Shown one piece after another: positions 1-8,016 of a DNA stretch of 22,938 nucleotides. A program made the position numbers and the translations under genes. The notes beneath the pieces are model-generated. The model had not been told where the DNA came from, ran no database searches, and worked only from the letters and a program-made list of their open reading frames with translations. Position 1 is the stretch's first letter. Every line of letters begins with the position of its first letter. The DNA lies in NCBI GenBank assembly GCA_008080735.1, contig SHMW01000070.1, forward strand, positions 1 to 22,938. Direction: 5' to 3'. This DNA is from Promethearchaeota archaeon. GTDB lineage: Archaea > Asgardarchaeota > Lokiarchaeia > Sigyniarchaeales > SOKP01.

Positions 1-60
1 TATAATTAAAGATTGTATAATTTATTTGAAAATATTTAGGAATTTTAACACACTTTCATC

Positions 61-1035
61 ATGACGGAACAAGAGAAGGAATATAAGAAAAAGTATAAAC
101 GAAGTATTATAAAGTTGGGAAATAGTAAAGCAATAACATTTCCCCAAGAATGGACCAATAAAGCAAAATTACAAGAGAAATCGGAAATCACACTTTTTCC
201 CATGGATGACAACACACTAATTGTTCGCGCGCAAGATAAAGGTGCTTCTAAGACCGTATATAATCTTGACGGAACAAAAATGCCACTTAAATTGGTGAGA
301 CAAGCGATAATCTCTGCCTTTAAATTGGATGTAGATGATATTTATTTGAAATATACGTCTTCCAACAAAGAAGAGTTGTACGAGCTTCTTATTGAGCTCC
401 GAAGGGAAATTATCGGAATTGATTTTAAAGATGTGCAAAACCGCAATGAATTCTATGTAAATTTCCTTTTAGATGCTTCTAAAATTGACCTGCATGAAGT
501 GCTTGTCGATCTCGTGAATGTTTTCGGTACAATTATGGAAAATATTGTGGAAGGCAACCCAGATCAAATCAGTGATTTATTGTTAGATGAGATAGATAGG
601 AAATATTCTTTAGGTACAAGGATCTTAATTACCGGACTTGCTGAATATCCCGTCTCAAGAACGAGATTTCCCGTTATTCGTTTTCTTGGAGACCGTGTAG
701 TACTTCTCTATATAAGGGACTTTATTAACGAGGCACTCATTAATCTTCAAGGGATTCCATATGAAGTGGTCGCAAAGTACTCCAAACTTCTACTGAAAAT
801 TCCTAATCTCTTAAATGATTTGATTGAAAATTACGAAAATATTAATTTAGACTCAATTTCAGAATTTCAGAACTATTTGATAAAACTTCAAGAAGAGGTA
901 GAAAACACTGAATTTGGGACGGATCAGACTCGATGTCATGTAAAAAACGTGATAGAATATTATTTACATAGTTTCAAAAACTTCTTTGATATCGCAATTA
1001 CAAGAATGATAGAAGCTGATATCGGGATGTCATAA
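61..1035 (+). CDS. AbrB/SpoVT-domain, PhoU-like archaeal phosphate uptake regulator-family protein
   Basis: N-terminal RSIIKLGNSKAITFPQEW...EITL is an AbrB/SpoVT swapped-hairpin signature. It is followed by IISAFKLDVDDI and helical repeats (DEIDRKY), the architecture of archaeal AbrB-PhoU proteins. Confidence 0.75.
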   Translation: MTEQEKEYKKKYKRSIIKLGNSKAITFPQEWTNKAKLQEKSEITLFPMDDNTLIVRAQDKGASKTVYNLDGTKMPLKLVRQAIISAFKLDVDDIYLKYTSSNKEELYELLIELRREIIGIDFKDVQNRNEFYVNFLLDASKIDLHEVLVDLVNVFGTIMENIVEGNPDQISDLLLDEIDRKYSLGTRILITGLAEYPVSRTRFPVIRFLGDRVVLLYIRDFINEALINLQGIPYEVVAKYSKLLLKIPNLLNDLIENYENINLDSISEFQNYLIKLQEEVENTEFGTDQTRCHVKNVIEYYLHSFKNFFDIAITRMIEADIGMS

Positions 1036-1062
1036 AAAACCTATATTTCAAAGGTTTTTTAT
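1032..1062. promoter_or_regulatory. Perfect 11-bp inverted repeat (operator or hairpin) overlapping a putative TATA box
   Basis: ATAAAAAACCT (1032-1042), 9-nt spacer, AGGTTTTTTAT (1052-1062). TTTTATAT ends about 20 nt upstream of the ATG at 1085. Confidence 0.5.
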
Positions 1063-1084
1063 ATCTAAGTAAATTCTCTCATCT

Positions 1085-2371
1085 ATGACACGAGAAGAAC
1101 CTCTTCTTTTTACGACCTATCCCGAGCTTAAGGAAACTGTTCCATGGATTCCCTTGTTAACGGGTATTCCCACTCCAATTGATAGACTAGAAAATCTTGA
1201 AATTAACTTGGAATTAAACTCGGAAGGGCGTATTTATATTAAACGAGACGATATCGCACATCATATCTATGGTGGAAATAAACTTCGTAAGTTTGAATTC
1301 ATTTTCGGAAAGGCCATCGATAATAAAAAAACGGGAATGATCACCATTGGCGGCATTGGTTCAAATCACTGCTTGGCTTGCGCGATCGTTGCTAAGGAAC
1401 TAAACATGCGATGTGATCTTTTTTTATTTCCACAACCGCTTACGTGGCATGTACAGCGTTCTCTGTTACTTTACAACCATTTTGGGGCTAACCTACATTT
1501 TAGCAATTCCTTTATAACTTTAGCACTTAAAGTTTTAGGATTCAGACTTACCCATCCAAAATCTCATCTGATGTTCCCTGGAGGAAGTCTCTTGTTTGGT
1601 TTAGGCTCTCCAATCGGAACATTGGGATTTGTAAATGCGGTTTTTGAACTTAAAACTCAAATTGACGCGGGGGTAATAGATGAACCTGATGCGATATTCG
1701 TTGCTGGTGGTTCGGGAGGGACTGCAGCTGGTTTGGTTCTGGGTTGTAAGCTCTTAGGATTAATAACTAAGGTGCATATAACCGCAGTAAGTATGGATTG
1801 GATCATAAATAAGTCTAACGTTATAAAAAACGCCTCGAAAGCGCTTAAATATCTGAGAGAACACAACGACTTCGTGCCGGATATCGCTATTCAAGAAAAT
1901 GATTTTGAAATTATTGAAGGCTATCTTGGTTCAGACTATGGAGTGAAAACCGAACGAGGGCAGAGAGCGATAGATCTAGTGATGGAATTAGAAGGGAATT
2001 CTTCAGGGTTTATCTTGGAAACTACTTATACTGGCAAAGCTATGGCCGCAATGATTGATTATTGTAGCCAAGGAGAGAATAAGTCTAAAAAAGTTCTCTT
2101 CTGGAACACTTATAACTCAAATGATTTGGATCAATATTTAAACCAAACCGATTTGAATTATAAATCACTCCCCAAACGATTTCATAGGTTTTACGAAAAT
2201 AATACCTTTCAATGCTGGCAAATAAAGGATTGTCCAGAAAAAGAACAATGTCCCGCATACCTAAATCATGAGTACCGATGTTGGAGAGTAAAGAACTGTT
2301 CCGAGCAAGATCGCAAGAATTGTAAAGCTTATCGGGAATTAAGACATAATATTCATCTAGAAAACGCCTAA
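1085..2371 (+). CDS. PLP-dependent D-cysteine desulfhydrase/ACC deaminase-family enzyme with C-terminal Cys-rich two-CW domain
   Basis: PTPI...IYIKRDD...GGNKLRK (PLP Lys), SNH, GSGGTAAG phosphate loop, LETTYTGKA. C-terminal CWQIKDC...CPAY...CWRVKNC...CKAY extension. Confidence 0.88.
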   Translation: MTREEPLLFTTYPELKETVPWIPLLTGIPTPIDRLENLEINLELNSEGRIYIKRDDIAHHIYGGNKLRKFEFIFGKAIDNKKTGMITIGGIGSNHCLACAIVAKELNMRCDLFLFPQPLTWHVQRSLLLYNHFGANLHFSNSFITLALKVLGFRLTHPKSHLMFPGGSLLFGLGSPIGTLGFVNAVFELKTQIDAGVIDEPDAIFVAGGSGGTAAGLVLGCKLLGLITKVHITAVSMDWIINKSNVIKNASKALKYLREHNDFVPDIAIQENDFEIIEGYLGSDYGVKTERGQRAIDLVMELEGNSSGFILETTYTGKAMAAMIDYCSQGENKSKKVLFWNTYNSNDLDQYLNQTDLNYKSLPKRFHRFYENNTFQCWQIKDCPEKEQCPAYLNHEYRCWRVKNCSEQDRKNCKAYRELRHNIHLENA

Positions 2372-2390
2372 ACCATTTTTAAATCGAGTG

Positions 2391-2441
2391 CCTTAATTAT
2401 TAAGGTTTTGTTTTCCATTGATCGAATATTAATTATTCGAT
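2391..2441. promoter_or_regulatory. Two perfect palindromes in the intergenic region upstream of the acidic protein gene
   Basis: CCTTAAT-T-ATTAAGG (2391-2405) and ATCGAATA-TTAAT-TATTCGAT (2421-2441). Confidence 0.35.
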
Positions 2442-2511
2442 AATATCTAAATTTTAAAAATCATTTTTACCATCTAATATTAACAAATAAAAAATATAGT
2501 GGAATAATTCT

Positions 2512-2817
2512 ATGGCAAAAAAAAAGAAAGCAGATGAAGAGGAGGACCTCCCAAAAGGTAAAGTGGATGAGGAAGGCGACGAAATTATTGATTTAGATGA
2601 GTGGGATGACAACCTCGATGAAGATGTGTATGAAGACTTGAGCGAGATCGAGGATGATATGCTTACCGATGAGACCGAAGATGAGGAATTCGGTCCCGAA
2701 GTTGACGAGGTCGAAAAAATGCTGCGAAAAATTAAATGTGATCCGTGCCCCGGATTATCGAGTAAGCCTGGATGTCAAGTTGCAAAAGATTTTGGCTGTC
2801 CCAAACCCAATAAATAA
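2512..2817 (+). CDS. Small highly acidic, probably disordered protein with C-terminal CX2CX8CX7C metal-binding motif
   Basis: ATG start. Basic MAKKKK head, long Asp/Glu tract, C-terminal CDPCPGLSSKPGCQVAKDFGC. Purine-rich coding-like composition. Confidence 0.75.
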   Translation: MAKKKKADEEEDLPKGKVDEEGDEIIDLDEWDDNLDEDVYEDLSEIEDDMLTDETEDEEFGPEVDEVEKMLRKIKCDPCPGLSSKPGCQVAKDFGCPKPNK

Positions 2818-2967
2818 ATGGAATACTATTTTCGAATCATTCTTCTCCCCGAGGGACATCATATTTGGAGACCGTATATACGAATAAAAGATTCTTTTTA
2901 TTCATCTTTTTTATAGAATTACTTACCCATCAGAATCAAATACTATAATATAATAAATAGATCAGCC

Positions 2968-3975
2968 TTGCTAAAAGATATTTTAAAGCGATTTTTAGTT
3001 ATAGTTGTTGGAATTTCCATAAGTGCTTATATTTGGCACATCAATAGAAATATTTTTGGAAACACTATTGATACTTGTCTTATCCTTTCAACGATGGTAT
3101 TTCTGATTACCTATATCCCCTTTGAGGCTTATTTTTCAGTACGAAAAATTTGGTATGATAGATGGAGTAAATTGGATGTAGAAAATGTAAGGAGAGAAAA
3201 AATAAAAATTCCAATAGATAAAGAATCGAAGGTTGGAAATCATACACAATTAATAGCAAATATTGTTCAGAGCTCTGATAAATCAAGAGTCAAACAGAAA
3301 AAAGCGATGATTATTATAAACCACGGCTATTCTGATACCAAGGAAACATTGGAATATATCTATCTTCCTTTGGCGATTCAAGGATACGTGATTCTGGCTT
3401 ATGATGCACGTGGTACTGGCGAGTCCAAGAAAGTGGGAAGGCGGAATCAATTAAAAAAGAGGATAGACGATTATCAGAAGATAATACAATGGATAAAACA
3501 ACAAAATGAGTTTCAGACATATAAAATAATCTCTCTTGGATTCAGTATTGGAGCAATTATTTCCCTTTCTGCCAGTTTTGATGATCATACCATTGAGAAA
3601 ATAATCGCAATTTCGTGCATCTCCCACTATAAAGAAAATGTAATGCGCTTTAATCCCCTTGTTCTTTTGAGTTATATAATACGAGGAATTCCATTATTTC
3701 CCGATCAAGCCACAGTGAGGAACCTTTCTCCCTATCTTATTTTTAAAAAACAAAAAGAGAACTTAGAGGCAAAAAATTATGAGAAATTATGCGAAAGGAT
3801 CTATATAATCCATGCAGAGAATGATAAGGTCATAAAATTTAGGAATTTCAGAGAAAATCGCTCTATCTTAAACTTGCCTAAAAAAAATCAATTAGTCTTT
3901 AAAAAAGGCGGACATACAATGAAAAAGAATGAATTGGCGCTGGTCGCGGGTATTATCCGATTCTTGGAGGACTAA
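2968..3975 (+). CDS. Membrane-anchored alpha/beta hydrolase (serine hydrolase)
   Basis: Two N-terminal hydrophobic helices. HGY oxyanion motif, YDARGTGES, GFSIG nucleophile elbow, HAENDKVI acid residue, GGH catalytic His. TTG start. Confidence 0.85.
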   Translation: MLKDILKRFLVIVVGISISAYIWHINRNIFGNTIDTCLILSTMVFLITYIPFEAYFSVRKIWYDRWSKLDVENVRREKIKIPIDKESKVGNHTQLIANIVQSSDKSRVKQKKAMIIINHGYSDTKETLEYIYLPLAIQGYVILAYDARGTGESKKVGRRNQLKKRIDDYQKIIQWIKQQNEFQTYKIISLGFSIGAIISLSASFDDHTIEKIIAISCISHYKENVMRFNPLVLLSYIIRGIPLFPDQATVRNLSPYLIFKKQKENLEAKNYEKLCERIYIIHAENDKVIKFRNFRENRSILNLPKKNQLVFKKGGHTMKKNELALVAGIIRFLED

Positions 3976-5135
3976 ATCATTGTTAACATTTCTTTAATGG
4001 ATTCTTTTGCTAGTGTTATATTTTTATTCATATCATCGAGCTTGGTTTTAAAATAGTCAGGTTGGGATTGAGATTTCCTGATCTCTTTAAAAATGTTAAA
4101 AAATTGTTTTTTAGACTCGAGCTCCATCGAATATACACGCTTACGAGAGGTTGCGTCACTCATTATAACAAAACATCCATGTTGGACAAAACTATGATCA
4201 AATGATGGGAAGTAGGTTTCCCATACAGTATCAGAAAGATTTTCATATACCTTTTGAGCTAGATTTTCACAGAATTCCTTGCTCTTTGTGCTATAACAAA
4301 AATAGAAGGGCAGTCTATCTTGATTTTCGTTAAGATATTGCTCCAATTTCTCGTATATTAAATCGACCTGCCGTATTGTCATATTTATATGATCATGATC
4401 GGCCGAAGGATTACATTTCGTAAATAAGGGTCTTCGATAATAGGGAATATCATAAAGTTTCATTATGTTTAGAATAATACCTTCTTTTAGCCAATGATCA
4501 AATTTATACGTGATTGATTTTTTCTTGAAATTCTTAACAAGATCGCGTGGAAAACGTTCAAGCAGTGAAGTTTCATGAAAATCCAACAAATAGATTGAAA
4601 TATCTGGATTATCCCAATATGGTTGCAAAACTTCTTTTACATATTTCGCATGATCCGGCAGAGGATTTCCATTAGCATCTCCCTTACTAAAGGGCGATTC
4701 GGGCGCAAATGTCCTTCTCCAATATCGATTTAAATTTGTACCATTTTTTAGATAATACCCTGATTTGTTTTCTTTCTTTGGATGGATAAAGCCATACGGA
4801 TTCATTAGCGGGAAAAAAATAATCTCCTGATCTAATTTCATAATGCCCTTCGAGTTGGTTCCATCCTTAGTTATTTGGTCTAAATACTCTAATATTCCAA
4901 AGAGACCATTATATTCATTATGTTGAGCAGCGATGAATACCTTAAGATATTTTACATCATTTACATTACCATTATAACTCACTTTCAGACTCGGGACTAT
5001 TCCTTCACTAGTTTTACATTGATCGTATTCAATAAAATCCCATTCAGCAAACTCCTTCAAGTTTGAGAGAATTTGATTGAAGAGTTCTTGCCTGTGAGAT
5101 ATATCTAATAATAATTTTAAAGTTTCATGATCCAT
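3972..5135 (-). CDS. M14-family zinc carboxypeptidase / AstE-AspA-like amidohydrolase
   Basis: FIAAQHNE (first Zn ligands), FPLMNPYG, NGTNLNRYW, LLDFHET (third Zn ligand), and YSMELES (candidate catalytic Glu). Confidence 0.8.
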   Translation of the reverse strand: MDHETLKLLLDISHRQELFNQILSNLKEFAEWDFIEYDQCKTSEGIVPSLKVSYNGNVNDVKYLKVFIAAQHNEYNGLFGILEYLDQITKDGTNSKGIMKLDQEIIFFPLMNPYGFIHPKKENKSGYYLKNGTNLNRYWRRTFAPESPFSKGDANGNPLPDHAKYVKEVLQPYWDNPDISIYLLDFHETSLLERFPRDLVKNFKKKSITYKFDHWLKEGIILNIMKLYDIPYYRRPLFTKCNPSADHDHINMTIRQVDLIYEKLEQYLNENQDRLPFYFCYSTKSKEFCENLAQKVYENLSDTVWETYFPSFDHSFVQHGCFVIMSDATSRKRVYSMELESKKQFFNIFKEIRKSQSQPDYFKTKLDDMNKNITLAKESIKEMLTMI

Positions 5136-6594
5136 TTTTTTCAGGCCCTATAATTTTTTCCCAATTCGCGAAATCTACTATCTTTTGATAATTTTCAGCG
5201 ATACTTTTAAAAATAATACATGAATTACAAAACAGCTCAATAAAATGATCTAAATTCAACCCTAAAAGTCTTGCGGCTTTAGGAGAAAAACCTAAGCCTC
5301 TATCGACCTCAATACGGCCATCAAAACCACTTAGGTTGACTACAAATTCCTCTTTGTTTAATCCACTAATAAAACTTCCACGAGCTATTCGTGCCAAACC
5401 TCCTACAGGTATCAGCTTTCCATCGATTTGAGATAAATATATACGTATATCAAAGGTGTGCTTTCCCTCCCTCCAATCTATTAGAGAGAATTTGGCCATT
5501 TCCTGAATTGTATATGGATATGGATTTCTGGTTTTCATGAATTTTGCATAATATTCTTTTTTACTCTCTTCAATAATCTTTTTAATTTTTTTCTCATCCT
5601 TTTTAACATCTTCAGGAAATATCGACATCACCCCAGCACCTCCAGATCCTCCATGGGGTTTAATGATAAATGGCCTATTGTAGGTATTCACAGCTAGCTT
5701 CATTTTCTCCGCCAGCTCTTCATCATTAGATGCCTTCGTAAATAGAAAGGTCGCATTTTGGTATTTTTCTAACTTATCATTCACCAAATGCTTTGCAAGG
5801 TAAGAGAGAGATTTATCATCCGTAATTAAGTATACTGGATTTACGATTATTGTATTTAATTTCTCAAAATTTTCGGTAATGATATACTGGAAATCATCAT
5901 CGCGTAATCGTCGAGCAATTCCATCTCCAATCAATACCTGGACGTTGATGTTATTGAATTTAACCCAATAGTTATTATATGACACCCTGTCCGATAACTG
6001 CTTATAATCTGCAATAATAAACCTAACATCATCCGATGTTTCTTTGGAAAAATCAGCAACACTATAAATGCCTACTTTAAAATTCTTTTTCTGAAGATTC
6101 TCTCTTAAGTATGAAATTAATATCGCTTTCTCGTGGATTAGTCCGTCATTAACGGGTACTCCAACTAAGATTGTAATCGTGGAATCTTTATTGTATTCTT
6201 TTTTTAAGGCTAAATTAATCGCTTCCATATATCCGTTGTAAATTAGCTTCTGTTGTTTTGGGGTTAATATCGAAAGTCCTCTTGAACTCCCTCCATTTGC
6301 TTCTAACAAAAAATAGGTGGGTTTCCCTTCATTATTCTCCGCAATCATAAAATCAATACTTCCAACGAAAAATACCTCTTTATGTTGGATCTTGTGTTCA
6401 TTATATTGATTTAATAAATTCAGCGATTTTTTACGTGCTTCATCAGTAAATCCATCATCTTGAGATTCTCTCAATCTTTTAAAAGAGACTAAATCTAATC
6501 CTAATGATTTACCTAATTTAACAAGTTCCATATCTGATGCGCTTCCAGACTTTCGCAAAAAATCCACGAATTTTACTAGATTTTGCTCGCTCAT
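5125..6594 (-). CDS. Circularly permuted ATP-grasp amide/peptide ligase
   Basis: The metal-binding segment IDFMI...FLLEANG is N-terminal. VNP...DDKSL, FIIKPHGGSGGAGV, YTIQE, FDIRIY, VGGLARIA and FVVNLS follow, which is the permuted motif order. Confidence 0.8.
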   Translation of the reverse strand: MSEQNLVKFVDFLRKSGSASDMELVKLGKSLGLDLVSFKRLRESQDDGFTDEARKKSLNLLNQYNEHKIQHKEVFFVGSIDFMIAENNEGKPTYFLLEANGGSSRGLSILTPKQQKLIYNGYMEAINLALKKEYNKDSTITILVGVPVNDGLIHEKAILISYLRENLQKKNFKVGIYSVADFSKETSDDVRFIIADYKQLSDRVSYNNYWVKFNNINVQVLIGDGIARRLRDDDFQYIITENFEKLNTIIVNPVYLITDDKSLSYLAKHLVNDKLEKYQNATFLFTKASNDEELAEKMKLAVNTYNRPFIIKPHGGSGGAGVMSIFPEDVKKDEKKIKKIIEESKKEYYAKFMKTRNPYPYTIQEMAKFSLIDWREGKHTFDIRIYLSQIDGKLIPVGGLARIARGSFISGLNKEEFVVNLSGFDGRIEVDRGLGFSPKAARLLGLNLDHFIELFCNSCIIFKSIAENYQKIVDFANWEKIIGPEKNGS

Positions 6595-6706
6595 CCTAAT
6601 ATTAAAAATCGGTTTGTATTAATATCAATCAATATTTGACTTTTTAATTAAATGCTTCGGATTTAGGATATAAAACATTAAAGAAAGGTATCAGAATGAA
6701 AAAGGG

Positions 6707-7939
6707 TTATAGATACAAATAACCTTGGTGATTTCCTTTCGTACTTAGCCGGAGACTCCCTACCAAAACCTTATCTATTTTCAATTGTTCTTTATAGCTT
6801 AAGTCAGAAAATAGTAATATGTAGTCCTTCTCTATATTTATCGAAAATAGTAGCCCAATCTTAATGATTTTAGAATTCTCGTCTAAAAGGGCAATAAGGA
6901 CATAATGATAGGGAAGCTTTATCAATTCTTCAGTATTTAGTACTTCCTCCTCGATTCTATTTTCCTCCTTGTTAAATTGATATTTAAGAAATTCGATGTC
7001 GTCAAGATCGATAGTTATTTTCCTATAGTCTTGAAGAACCTTAGAAAATTGGCTCTGACGAAGAAACCTCCGTTCATCCTTACTTTTTTCATAATAAAAT
7101 TCGTTTTCTTTCTCTATAAGATGTAATTTGGACTTTTTTTTCGCATCTTTTTCGATTTCTTTGAGTTCGTCTATTTCTTTATCATGGAAGATAACAATTG
7201 TGTCTGGCTTAACCGTTTCAATAAAAAACTTTTTATAAATAACGCCTGCTTCCGTTTTTATCCATCCGTCAGTATCTATCAGAATAAAATCAGTATCTTC
7301 GAACTTTTCAATGTAATTATTTATCATATTTCTGCACGCATGGGACACTATAAATTTGAGGTTACCTTTCGGAAAAGTCGCTCCGATGAATGTAGTATAA
7401 TCTGGGGATATGTCTTCCCCGGAAATGATAGATTTTTCAATTTCTCCAATACTTATTGTAGTTGGGAGATACATTATTTGCTGTCCTAAATCAGAATCCA
7501 AATATCCTCCTTTATAACCCGCATGAAGGAGTTTATTAGCGAGATATTTAATGAGCGTGGTTTTTCCTCGACTCAATCCTAATACCATTATTTTTAAATA
7601 TTCGCCCTCTTTCTTTTTCTTGATTTGGTTCAAAATAGAATCCTTGATATCTCTCCATTCTTCTGGAATGGAATTCTCTTCAATTTCCTCCAGATTCTCA
7701 TCCGGGTTATTGGTATAGATCTCCAATTCTACATCTTCAGTCCCATAGAGCGGGTATTGCTTGGCATCAGGAACTATCAGAACATTTTCCTCTTCTAATT
7801 TATCCAAGTCGGTTATAGATTCGCTTTGATCTCCGGAGATTGTTTTTCCGAAGATTTCTATTGTTCCTTTCACAATATTTACTCTGGTGGGACCTTTAAC
7901 TAAGAGAGTGTGTCCCTCTTTCAATTCTTTATTAATCAT
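6707..7939 (-). CDS. Clp1/Nol9/Grc3-family polynucleotide 5'-hydroxyl kinase
   Basis: N-terminal beta domain (TLLVKGP...GTIEIFG), P-loop GLSRGKTT, DSDLGQ, IDTDGW, and RRFLR lid. Confidence 0.85.
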   Translation of the reverse strand: MINKELKEGHTLLVKGPTRVNIVKGTIEIFGKTISGDQSESITDLDKLEEENVLIVPDAKQYPLYGTEDVELEIYTNNPDENLEEIEENSIPEEWRDIKDSILNQIKKKKEGEYLKIMVLGLSRGKTTLIKYLANKLLHAGYKGGYLDSDLGQQIMYLPTTISIGEIEKSIISGEDISPDYTTFIGATFPKGNLKFIVSHACRNMINNYIEKFEDTDFILIDTDGWIKTEAGVIYKKFFIETVKPDTIVIFHDKEIDELKEIEKDAKKKSKLHLIEKENEFYYEKSKDERRFLRQSQFSKVLQDYRKITIDLDDIEFLKYQFNKEENRIEEEVLNTEELIKLPYHYVLIALLDENSKIIKIGLLFSINIEKDYILLFSDLSYKEQLKIDKVLVGSLRLSTKGNHQGYLYL

Positions 7940-8016
7940 ACAAAATCAACTTATCACTTTCTAAGGTATATAAATAATAATTTAAAATGATTGGTAAAAT
8001 TTTTGTCATTTTGACA

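Noticed and set aside
2654-2887. Alternative-frame 77-aa ORF over the acidic protein
   Set aside because: It is a shadow of the better-supported 2512..2817 frame and has no motif.
2882-2903. Imperfect hairpin GAATAAAAGA/TCTTTTTATTC followed by a T-tract
   Set aside because: It could be a terminator for the acidic gene, but it is AT-only and imperfect, so too weak to call.
5125-6594. Calling the ligase a true tubulin-tyrosine ligase or a graspetide/RimK ligase
   Set aside because: The FDIRIY and LLEAN motifs look TTL-like, but their order is circularly permuted, unlike TTL or RimK. No repeat-core precursor peptide was seen.
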